Source: a virus (Duplodnaviria; Caudoviricetes). Taken from it: a stretch of DNA of 64,000 bases. This document shows positions 1 to 9,274 of the stretch, piece by piece (positions within the stretch are counted from its first letter, which is position 1; each line of letters begins with the position of its first letter). The notes below the pieces were generated by a model. It was not told the DNA's origin. It saw nothing but the letters and a program-made list of their open reading frames with translations, and did no database searches. Location: IMG/VR virus record IMGVR_UViG_3300021431_000093, positions 1-64,000 of that record. One strand, given 5' to 3'. A program made the position numbers and the translations under genes.

Positions 1-107
1 GTAGACTCCAAATATTTAATCAGGTCTTCAATTCCTTCCCGTTTAGTTGACCTAAGTAAATTATAAAATTGTACTGTATTAGAATCACGTTCTTTCTGAT
101 TTAACAT
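1..107 (-). CDS. 5' part of a probable HD-domain phosphohydrolase (runs off the window)
   Basis: ATG at 105-107 overlaps the upstream TAA. MLNQKERDSNTVQFYNLLRSTKREGIEDLIKYLEST resembles the N-terminus of phage HD-family proteins, but the HD motif is outside the window. Confidence 0.5.
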   Translation of the reverse strand, partial: MLNQKERDSNTVQFYNLLRSTKREGIEDLIKYLES

Positions 108-295
108 TAGTAATATACCTCACATGTGTAGGATGGTGAATATTCTTCCTTTAATCCGTCAATTACATTATGAATATTATCTACGTCATATACTTCAATA
201 TCTTTAACATATTCGTATGTCTTTGTATTTTGTACCTTAACTCTATAACATCTCGATAATGGTAATTTGTAGAAAGTGATTGAATATTTGTCCAT
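107..295 (-). CDS. small early hypothetical protein
   Basis: 62-aa ORF with GAGG SD, downstream of the promoter at 326-357. Confidence 0.7.
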   Translation of the reverse strand: MDKYSITFYKLPLSRCYRVKVQNTKTYEYVKDIEVYDVDNIHNVIDGLKEEYSPSYTCEVYY

Positions 296-325
296 TTTAA
301 TCTATTTACCTCTTTTCTAAAATAT

Positions 326-357
326 ATAATAACATAATATTTAATTGATGTAAACTA
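326..357 (-). promoter_or_regulatory. early sigma70-type promoter
   Basis: TAG-TTTACA-N17-TATTAT with extended -10 TG; member of an 11-copy family. Confidence 0.75.
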
Positions 358-786
358 TTTCACCATAGCATAGTAATTATGCTGTCCCCTCTTTTCACCT
401 GGTTCCCAATAAACTTTTATTTTCTTATATGATTCAATAAGTGGTATTAAATCTTCAGGAGTTTTAATATTAACTATCTCCTTAAATTTATATTTATTAA
501 AATATTCTGATTTAGCCTTGTCTGATCTTCTACTAGCTTTCTTAAACAACTCATTAGCTTTATCAGACTTTTTCTTATCAGAATCTGATACCTGAATAAT
601 ATTTGACTTTACTAACTTATATTTCCAATCATCTGTTTCTTCATATTCTTCAAGAATAGTTACATTGTCTTTAGTAATGCCATATGTATTAAGTATCCTT
701 TTATAAAGTTGATTATGATTATCAGCTGTCATATAGAATTGTTTGGTTGTTCTTTCATCTGTGATAACACTAAAAGAATAAATCAT
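355..786 (-). CDS. early hypothetical protein
   Basis: 143-aa ORF, GGAGG SD; its TAG stop is part of the downstream promoter motif. Confidence 0.75.
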   Translation of the reverse strand: MIYSFSVITDERTTKQFYMTADNHNQLYKRILNTYGITKDNVTILEEYEETDDWKYKLVKSNIIQVSDSDKKKSDKANELFKKASRRSDKAKSEYFNKYKFKEIVNIKTPEDLIPLIESYKKIKVYWEPGEKRGQHNYYAMVK

Positions 787-789
787 AAA

Positions 790-1041
790 TTAACCTCCAA
801 ATGAAAAATCTGGTTCACCATCCGGTTCAAGAATTTTCTTCCATCTAGCAAACTTCTTACTCTTATTATCTATATTTGAATTTTCATAACCTCTAGCATA
901 ATTCATCATCTTAATACAATATTCATTATAGAAATTTTCCATTGGTTCAATTTCTTCGAAATAGTACTCTCTATAATTACTTGAACCATAACTAACTACA
1001 AGAAGATATTTAAACTTATTTGGAACTTTACTCTTTTTCAT
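790..1041 (-). CDS. early hypothetical protein
   Basis: 83-aa ORF, GAGGT SD, own promoter. Confidence 0.7.
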   Translation of the reverse strand: MKKSKVPNKFKYLLVVSYGSSNYREYYFEEIEPMENFYNEYCIKMMNYARGYENSNIDNKSKKFARWKKILEPDGEPDFSFGG

Positions 1042-1061
1042 TATTTCTTACCTCTATTTTT

Positions 1062-1093
1062 AGTATAACAAATTAAAAAGTGGAAGTAAACTA
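1062..1093 (-). promoter_or_regulatory. early promoter
   Basis: TAG-TTTACT-N17-TATACT. Confidence 0.75.
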
Positions 1094-1420
1094 CTTCCAC
1101 TTAACACATTTTCTCCAATACTTCAACCAAGATTCAAGAGTAGGATACCTGTCAGTAAACCATTGTAATCCCGTCCTCTTCTCATCATCCAATCTCATGT
1201 AATAATCTTTTATAGCCATATCTTCTGACCAATACCACCGATAATCACAAATATTGTAACTACAACAATGCTTCTTATAATCGGAACCTTGAATTAACTC
1301 ATCGCTGTTTCTAAACTTATTTCTTATCGAATGATTATAATACTTCTTAAAATAACGTCTCCTTAAATTCTTACCATGACTATCTGTTACATATGTATTA
1401 TATTTATACGATCTACTCAT
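1091..1420 (-). CDS. basic conserved phage protein of the MSRSY type
   Basis: MSRSYK...RRRYFKKYYNHSIR...YKK...YNICDY pattern; start could also be 1426. Confidence 0.7.
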   Translation of the reverse strand: MSRSYKYNTYVTDSHGKNLRRRYFKKYYNHSIRNKFRNSDELIQGSDYKKHCCSYNICDYRWYWSEDMAIKDYYMRLDDEKRTGLQWFTDRYPTLESWLKYWRKCVKWK

Positions 1421-1616
1421 AATCATAATCCTCCATCAGCATTTGATTAAATCTCCTGTAATTCTTATAGTAATTATAATAATCTAATTCATTATAATAA
1501 TCATTAAGGTTACCTAAATCTTCATTGGTTATTTCACCTTTACTTAAAATTAACCTTACATTATTATTAATTCTATAAATTTCCCTATTACAAACGCTTT
1601 GGTAATTATTAATCAT
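1413..1616 (-). CDS. early hypothetical protein
   Basis: 67-aa ORF, GAGGT SD, promoter at 1644-1675. Confidence 0.65.
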   Translation of the reverse strand: MINNYQSVCNREIYRINNNVRLILSKGEITNEDLGNLNDYYNELDYYNYYKNYRRFNQMLMEDYDYE

Positions 1617-1643
1617 GAATACACTACCTCACTTTCTGATTAT

Positions 1644-1675
1644 ATTTTACTAAATAAGTGATAAAATGTAAACTA
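1644..1675 (-). promoter_or_regulatory. early promoter
   Basis: TAG-TTTACA-N17-TAAAAT. Confidence 0.7.
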
Positions 1676-1701
1676 AAAGAGGATCATATGATCCTCTTCT
1701 T
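1675..1701 (-). terminator. rho-independent terminator ending the lysis operon
   Basis: AAGAGGATC-atat-GATCCTCTT hairpin followed by TTTT on the minus strand. Confidence 0.75.
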
Positions 1702-1702
1702 A

Positions 1703-1918
1703 TTATCCTTTAGCTTGTCCGTTTGTAAAAGATTTTGTAATATTTTCCATTTCAGCACAAGGTTCAGTGTAGAAGTCTTCAAGTTCAACAAACTTCATAC
1801 CTCTCTCTGCACCTAACCTTTGAGCTTCTTTTTCAGCACATTTTTTACAAAGTGGTGAAACAAATCTTTTTGAAATATATCTAGCAGGCTTACCACAAAG
1901 TACGCATTTTTCTTCCAT
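1703..1918 (-). CDS. small Zn-binding protein (CxxC...CxxC)
   Basis: AGGAG SD before ATG 1918; CVLC and CKKC motifs. Confidence 0.65.
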   Translation of the reverse strand: MEEKCVLCGKPARYISKRFVSPLCKKCAEKEAQRLGAERGMKFVELEDFYTEPCAEMENITKSFTNGQAKG

Positions 1919-1928
1919 ATCTATCTCC

Positions 1929-4900
1929 TTAAATAACATTTAAGTCTGAACGTTCATCTAATAAATAAGATGAAATCCTAGAACCTTTAAGTTGTAATCT
2001 ACCAAAACTATTCATATTTGCACCAGCCTCATGAGCTAATAATACAGACTTACCACCTTTATCACTAATAGATTCAGCATTAGTAGCATAATTATAGTGA
2101 CCTTGTAATACAGCAGTTAATCCTTTTGTATTTTCAATTAATGAGTCTGTTCTTGCTTTATACCTACTATCAGATTCATATGTAGATTTACACATATGAG
2201 TAATAACTACTATATAATCAAAGTTTGCATCTTTTAATTCATCAATATATTTCTGAACTTGCTTGAATAACTTATCTCCATCATAGAATACAAAATCACC
2301 ATAAGTCCATTCACCATCTGAATATGAACCTTGTCCATTAGGAGATGGATAACCTATACCAATTACGCCAATCCTCTTTGAACCAATCTTTGCGGTTCTG
2401 TAAGGTTTATAAACTAACTTACCATTACGGAACATATTACAAGCTGTCATACTCTTATCTTGATTTAAGATATTGATTGTCTCGTTAGGATCTCCCCATT
2501 TCCACTCATGATTTCCATAAGTTGAAGCGAAGTAATCTTTATTATTCATCTGTGTAGCTGATACCATTTCACCTGTATTTACATAATCAGTGTAAACTCT
2601 ACAAGGTCTAGACCAGTCACCACAGTCAACTAATAAGGCTTTAATATTGTTCTTTTTAAGTTTTGTTCTGTAACTATTTAAATCATCATAGTTAAATACT
2701 GGACTCAAATAGTTTCCATCTTCATCATATCCGACCCATGCTCCATGAACATCAGCTGTATATAATAAGTCAATCTCATCATACTCATTAGGATCAACTA
2801 TATCATAGTCAAATGGATCAAAGTTATTATCAATAAATGACCTTAACTCAGTGACTTTTGTATATAACTCGTCATATAAATCCATCTGTTCATTTCTATT
2901 GACACATGTAAGTGCTATATCTAATGAACTCTTTAAAGCAGGAATTTCCTTCTTTAACTCTGGTCCTCTTCTTGAACTACCAGCAGGATAATATACAACT
3001 TCTTCAATACCTGCTACCCAAGCATTATCACCTAATTTATATCAAGTATAATCTGATTTAACTTCAGATGCAAGTACATTATAATTTGAATTTTCTTCAC
3101 AATAACCGATTCGTTTACTTGAAGTTGTACTATCAGTTCTAATACTTAATAATACATCAGGAACATATAATTGATCTCTATTAATATCTTCAGGAACAGG
3201 AGATGGTAATTCAGATGCTACTAAATAATTAATACCGTTAACGTCAGCAACAAATGCTTCATCACCAATCTTATACCACGTATAACCACTTCCCTCATCT
3301 TCAGATAAAACATTGTAATAAACATTGTTCTTACAAGTTCCCATTATTTCATCATTAGTTGAAGGTCCTTTTCTGATATTGATTTCTGATCTAGTTACTT
3401 GAATCTGATTTACTTTTGTATTCCTATCTACAGGTGTTGGTTCTACCCAAACTGGAGTAGGCTCTTCAGCAGGATAATACTCTACTTCAGGAATTCCTGC
3501 TATATATGAATCAGGTCCTAAATGATACCATTTATAACCACCTGAGGTTGTTACATCTAATATATTGTAATAAACAAGATTTTCAACATAACCCATAACA
3601 GCACCACTCATTGATGGTTCTTTTCTGATTCTTACAACACCTTGCTTATTATTAATGTAAACTTGATTCTTTAAAGTATCCTTTTCAACAGGAACCGGTT
3701 CAACCCATACTTTAGCCTGTTTAAATTCTACTTCATCAACTCCAGCAACTCAAGAATTTTCACCGATATTGTACCAAGTGAAATCACTCTGTACTGACTT
3801 ATCTATTACATTATAGTACACATGATTTACACATGCTCCCATTATCTCATCTTTTGTTGATGGACCTTTTCTAATTCTTACAACTCCACGGTCATTATTA
3901 ATGAATATCTGATCTACCTGATCATTTTGTTTTACTACTTCAGGTTGTACTCAATCACTCATAATTTCTTCCGCCTCTTTAAATTCAACTTCTTTAACAC
4001 CAGCAACCCATGATCTGTAACCAATATTGTATCATGTATAATCATCTTCCTTTTCAATCTTATCTACATTGTAATAAGATAAATTTTTACATGCTCCCAT
4101 GATTTCAGATTTTGTTGATGCTGATTCTCTAATCCTAACAACTCCAGATTTATTGTTAACATAAATCTGACTTCTACTTCTATCTTCAGGTACTGTTTCA
4201 GGTTCAACTCAAACTTCTGGTTCAGGTTTAGGATAAAATTTTATTTCATCTACTCCTGCTACCCAATACTGATTTTCAAGTTTATACCAAGTATATCCAT
4301 CTGCTTCTTTAATATCAAGTACATCATAAATGCCTTGAGGACAATAAGTACCTGTATATTTTGAAGCTGATAATGATGGATTTGTTCTTACATTAATATA
4401 TTGACCTAAAACTTCAATCTGATCTTTATTCGCATCACGATCAACTATTTTACTGTTTACAGGTAAATATATAAAACCAATTAATCTACCAACACCATCA
4501 AGAGTAATCTTTCCTGGAATTAATTCAACTACACGTGATCTTCAATATTTTCAATCTCGTCTTGATTTATTAGCATCATAGTTTGATTCAGAAATTATAG
4601 CATGCGTAGCATCCAAACGTTTTTCTACAAATGCTACATGACCATAATTACCGTCAAATACAGCAACTGAACCAGTAAGAAGCTCTTGACCTTTAGCAAA
4701 TATAGTTGTCTTATATCAATCTTTAGCATTACCAAATCCACCACCGGCTCTTACCCATGGAAATCTTTCAGTTGCTTCCATAGCTTCATAGCCTCTACAG
4801 AAACAATATGTTGTACAATTTGGTAAATTAATATCAGCATACTGTTGAGCAGTATTGAATTGTCCTCCTGGTTTAAAGTATTTGTTAGGATTATTATTTG

Positions 4901-4937
4901 CGTCCACTCCTTGGACAGATAATCTCTCTAAATACAT
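1929..4937 (-). CDS. endolysin: CHAP + six SH3b-like repeats + C-terminal metallophosphoesterase domain (1002 aa, TGA=Trp)
   Basis: One frame with 8 TGA and no TAA/TAG. CHAP motifs NCTTY, GNAKDW and GHVAFVE; six Q-x-x-[VI]...[IV]R...YTWY-type repeats; phosphoesterase motifs DVH, GD, GNHE, TH and GH. Directly follows the holin. Confidence 0.85.
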
Positions 4938-4939
4938 TT

Positions 4940-5371
4940 TTATCCTTTCTCTACAATATCACTGTCAACATTATAATCAACTGTACTAGTACTTAATTCA
5001 GAATTATAAGTTGCTTCTTTTGCTTCTTTACGTAATCCAAAGAATTCAACAGCATTCCCATACAGTTTAACACCATATACACCAATTGCAAGAATAATAA
5101 GAGCATTTAACATTGCTTGAATTGTATATGTTGCTTCACCAATCTGTATAACTGCTAAATCACCTCCGAAGAAAGCGCCAACAAAATATACAAACGATAA
5201 GAGTAAAAGAACACCAAGATTAGCAGCAAGGCCTAAAATTAATCTTTTTCAATCAAAATCTTCGCCTTTATCATTGAAAGGTTTACAAGAAAATACTTTA
5301 AATCCTGTAAGTGCAACAATGATTGCTAATAAAATTATGGAGTTAGCAAAGAAAGATAATTCAATTTTCAT
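4940..5371 (-). CDS. holin (143 aa, TGA=Trp)
   Basis: GAAAGGAG SD; three hydrophobic segments once the TGA at 5249 is read as W (FDWKRL); immediately upstream of the lysin. Confidence 0.8.
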
Positions 5372-5531
5372 GACTATATCTCCTTTCAGATAATATACCA
5401 TACAATATTTATTAATTAATATACAATAGGTTTTGGAGGAAAACAGACGTAAGAAGTGCTTCAACTGGTACAGGAACATATAATATAACAATTAATAAAT
5501 TTATAGTGCTTGAAGCTGATTTATCATAATT

Positions 5532-5559
5532 AAAAAAGAGGATTCAATCCTCTTTTTTT
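5532..5559. terminator. bidirectional rho-independent terminator
   Basis: AAAAAAGAGGATT-c-AATCCTCTTTTTT. Confidence 0.8.
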
Positions 5560-6130
5560 ACATTATAGAACATTGTCCAGCTGTTTTTGTTTTAGCCACT
5601 ATAGTTGTATTTTCAGTTACAGTTAATGTATATGGATTATTGCTTGATAATAGTGATCCATTTTTATATCATCCATCAATTGTATATCCCCTTATAGGAT
5701 ACATCATAATATCAGTATCTCCTCCTGCATATCCATTACCAACTATAGTTGCTGTATTTTCAGGGTTAGATACTATAGTTAATAAATAACCACCGGATGC
5801 TGTTATGTCATATATTTTTGATGTTTCATTATCAGTTGAAGAGTATCCTACTCTTAACTGAGTTGCATATATATCTACATCAAGATTTATTGTAAATGTA
5901 GTACTTGATCTAGCTGATCGAGTTTGAGATACTTGATAAATATTTACTCATTGATTATTTACATATGCGTCTATTATACAATATATAGTAGCTGAATATT
6001 TTGCTCCTGAATTTCCCACTGTATATGTTCCACTTATATTAAGTAATTTACCACTAGATAATTCTACTATTTTGTTTCCTGTTTTAGATGAAGTTGTATC
6101 AGTAGTTTTAATTTGTCCGAGTATTTTCAT
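5558..6130 (-). CDS. beta-rich virion-type protein with an InlB B-repeat-like C-terminal domain (TGA=Trp)
   Basis: 190 aa after read-through; PIRGYTIDG[TGA]YKNG...YTLTVTENTTIVAK matches the GYTFxGW repeat pattern. Confidence 0.7.
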
Positions 6131-6199
6131 AATTATTTAATAAATATACTAATAGTGTTTTTTTTTTAATTCTCATTGATTTATGACTAAGTCATGTAA

Positions 6200-6293
6200 T
6201 ATTTTAATTTTATTATAAAAAGTACATTTGTTTTATATATTAAGTTTCACTTGATTGTATATATTTTAATCTTGTATAATCAGTTATGGTCAT
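6200..6293 (-). pseudogene. decayed tail-fibre-domain gene fragment
   Basis: MTITDYTRLKYIQSSET*YIK resembles the YTxLEYIESTGTQYI fibre motif but is broken by TAA; the 3' boundary is approximate. Confidence 0.45.
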
Positions 6294-6295
6294 AA

Positions 6296-6880
6296 TTAAT
6301 AAACTCCATATATCCTATAAGGAGTTACATTATTATGCGAAGATGCATCTCATCTAATTGTGCCATCTGAATCAAAATAATATCATCTTCTTCCATATCA
6401 GCCTCCGTTACACGTACCACCCATCTCACTACCACCTTTTGGAATAAATACAGTGGTAGCTGGTTTATCAACAGCTGTACAACTTGATACAATAATAAAT
6501 TTAAATCTACTAAAGTCACCATCAAGTGTAGTTGCTCCAACATTTACAGCTGTAAGGTTTTCATATAAAACTTGTACACTAAAACTATTACTTCACTTTA
6601 ATCCATATACTTTAATTGGATTTACATTATTATGCGAAGATGCATCTCATCTAATTGTTCCATCTGAATCATAATAATATGTACGTCTACCATAATATGT
6701 TCCTCATGTAGGACCTCCATTTGCTTGAGTACCTTTAATAAGTACAACAGTCGATGCAGGAGTATCAGCTGCTACACGATTAGTTATTACTATCATATCA
6801 TATTGTGGAAAAGTACCTAAATTCATTTCTCCAACAGCTTCTACCGATGGATTTGTATATAAAGTATCCATTGTTATCAT
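6296..6880 (-). CDS. two-repeat fibre-tip-like protein (194 aa, TGA=Trp)
   Basis: Two tandem ~97-aa domains, each ending YY[YF]DSDGTIRWDASSHNNVxPxx[VI]YG; paralogous to 6895-7209. Confidence 0.75.
6325..6680. repeat. 59-bp direct repeat, 57/59 identical (6325-6383 and 6622-6680)
   Basis: direct alignment at offset 297. Confidence 0.9.
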
Positions 6881-6894
6881 AAATTTAAATCCTC

Positions 6895-7209
6895 TTACTT
6901 AAATCCCATTATAAGTCAAGGAGTAACATTTGAGCCAGCATCAAATGAAAATGTACCATTGGATGCATATGTATAAGTTCTATATCCAGAATTTGTACCT
7001 CAAGCACAACCTCCTAGATCAGATCCTCCTTTAGCTAAAACAACACAATTTCCTGGTGTACCGGTTTCAGAACCTACTATGTTTAATACAACTATAAATT
7101 TATAATCATATACTCCAAGTGTTGTTGCACCAGGAACTGTTCCTGAATATGTATATAAAATATCCATTTTTGCAGGTACTGTATGTTTTCTAATTAAACA
7201 GTTACCCAT
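6895..7209 (-). CDS. single-domain fibre-tip-like protein (104 aa, TGA=Trp)
   Basis: Read-through gives GGCAWGTNSGYRTYTYASNGTFSFDAGSNVTPWLIMGFK*, the same domain as in 6296-6880. Confidence 0.75.
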
Positions 7210-7385
7210 AATCTATTCACATTATATATTTAATGTTAACACCCTCTTAAAATAACTCCATGAGTCCTAGGACAATTAAATATTTTCCTCCTTTTCTTAT
7301 AATTATAGAGTACCCATCTACGAACTTCCCTAGGTTTAAGTGTAAAAGTCTCCGGTATACTTTTTGCATTTAAGATAATATACAA

Positions 7386-7396
7386 TAAATTTAGCA
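7386..7396 (-). promoter_or_regulatory. putative late promoter TGCTAAATTTA
   Basis: same 11-mer found upstream of head and tail genes. Confidence 0.6.
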
Positions 7397-7419
7397 GTCA
7401 TTTATACATTATTATATAG

Positions 7420-8208
7420 TTAAAATAAAGCTACCTCTTCTATTATTGGCTCTACTACTTCATCAATTAATTCTGATCTATCTTTTCCATTTGTACTACA
7501 ATACTTTTGATATTCACACCATCTACAAGATAAGCTATATCTTTTTTCATAAGATGTAGCTTTTTTCATTAGGTTCATTCTTGCAAAGAACCAACTTACT
7601 TGTTGAGGATCATAATCAACTTTTACAAATTGTACATCATGCTTAATAATCCATTTATTGAACTTTGTTTTTAAATCTTCTTCAGATAAATCTTCATTAA
7701 GTTTCTCTGAAAATTTAGGAATCATTACGTAATACATATCTCTGATTTTATTACCTGTTAATCTTTCATAAAAATTCTTATAGACATGTATTTGTCCTGA
7801 TTTCATATATTTAGATGGACTTGCTGAAGTAAATTTAAAATCATAAAGATCATAAACTCCTTCATCTACTTTAACCAGTCCGTCAATATAACCAACAAAA
7901 TTATCAGTTAATAATTTATGCTCATACTCTGCACATTCAGGTATCTGCTCAATTGCTTTCTTCATTAACTGTTCCATCTTGAATATCTCAATATCATGAT
8001 CAGTTCCTAAAGATGGAAAATTTGACTTATAACTATTTATACCTTCCTCTATTGACCTCTTCTCAATCGCTTCATGTACAGCTGTGCCTTCAAATAAAGG
8101 ATTATCAGGTCTTAAGTCTGGTTTTGTTTGTAATTTATCTAAATACTTTAATTTATATTTAAAAGGACACTCCCACCATGTAGAAGTTGACGAAAAACTA
8201 TATCTCAT
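7420..8208 (-). CDS. PD-(D/E)XK Cas4/RecB-like exonuclease
   Basis: CP...GTAVH...GYIDGL...DFK...CRWCEYQKYC (Fe-S cysteines). Confidence 0.85.
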   Translation of the reverse strand: MRYSFSSTSTWWECPFKYKLKYLDKLQTKPDLRPDNPLFEGTAVHEAIEKRSIEEGINSYKSNFPSLGTDHDIEIFKMEQLMKKAIEQIPECAEYEHKLLTDNFVGYIDGLVKVDEGVYDLYDFKFTSASPSKYMKSGQIHVYKNFYERLTGNKIRDMYYVMIPKFSEKLNEDLSEEDLKTKFNKWIIKHDVQFVKVDYDPQQVSWFFARMNLMKKATSYEKRYSLSCRWCEYQKYCSTNGKDRSELIDEVVEPIIEEVALF

Positions 8209-8228
8209 AACAATATACCTCTTATTAT

Positions 8229-8260
8229 ATTATAATAAAAAGGTTAGTTTTTGTAAACTA
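8229..8260 (-). promoter_or_regulatory. early promoter
   Basis: TAG-TTTACA-N17-TATAAT. Confidence 0.8.
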
Positions 8261-8262
8261 AC

Positions 8263-8817
8263 CTACATGTGTTTTTGAGAATAGTTAAATGTTTGCATTT
8301 CTTGAATTTTTGAAGAAAGTATCTTCGATAGGGCTTTAGAAACATCGTTTGCTTGATCAACTTTATCTTTTAGGATTTTACTACACCTTGAATAAATAAA
8401 ATTAAGAACATTATCTGATAATGCTGTTTGATCTGCATGAGCCCTTAATTGCTGAACAGTGTATTTTTCTCCAGCAGCATAATTACCTTGCTTTTCAAGA
8501 TATGCATTATTGTATGTAGTCTGATACTGCAATTTACTTACATCTTCCAATCAACCAATTTTCTCAAGTTTTTCTGTTGTAAAAAATATTGTTGTTGTTA
8601 AATCCAATAATGCCTTCTGAATAGATAAAATATCAAAATCTAAATCATACTGTCTACACTGATCAAGATAAGCTTTAACTGCTCCTACCTTTTCATCTAA
8701 ATCTTTTGAATATTCCTCTAATAAAGGTCTACCAATTGATTCAAAATATTCCATATTAGAATTTAATTCTTGAGCATGTTGTAATAAATCTTCCTGGTTA
8801 ATCTGTACTTTTGCCAT
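8263..8817 (-). CDS. helical protein, possibly a UvsY-like recombination mediator (TGA=Trp)
   Basis: ORFs 8551-8817 and 8263-8550 abut in frame across one TGA; the function is a guess from context and helical pattern. Confidence 0.55.
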
Positions 8818-9274
8818 AATTAATTAACTCCGAATAATTACTTTTCATAAATGTTCTTAATTTATAGGATGGAATCTCCAGGATAGGATAATCATCATTA
8901 TCAAACATTTTTCTGATATTATAAGATTTTAATCCTTCTTTTTGAATCTTTTCCATTGTTTGAACTGGTATCCATAATACTTTATCATAATCAATAAATC
9001 ATACGACAAATCCTACACGAACACCTTTTATATTTTTATATTCCAACATCTGATCATATTGTCTTAAATCAGAAAATGGAAGTGTATTACCTTGAATTGA
9101 CTTACAATCAATTATAAACATTAAAGGATATTTATAACAAATAAAGTCACCAACATTTCTCTGTCCCATATACCCTGACATTGTATCATAGAGTCTATAG
9201 CAAACAGAATCAGGGACCGATTCTACTCAGTCTGATTTAAATCGGTCCTCAAATTTCTTCCCGCGAGATGCCAT
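8798..9274 (-). CDS. recU: RecU-like Holliday junction resolvase (TGA=Trp)
   Basis: MASRGKKFED...VGDF...IDCKS...LRQYDQM; 158 aa with two TGA. Confidence 0.75.

Noticed and set aside
5249-5491. Holin start at 5491 as given in the track
   Set aside because: The strong SD precedes ATG 5371; the upstream extension is AT-rich intergenic sequence.
6296-7209. Diversity-generating retroelement TR/VR pair
   Set aside because: No reverse transcriptase in the window, both copies are coding, and only two mismatches exist, too few to show adenine-specific mutagenesis.
7420-8208. CRISPR-Cas locus suggested by the Cas4-like gene
   Set aside because: No repeat-spacer array or other cas genes; stand-alone Cas4-like nucleases are common in phages.
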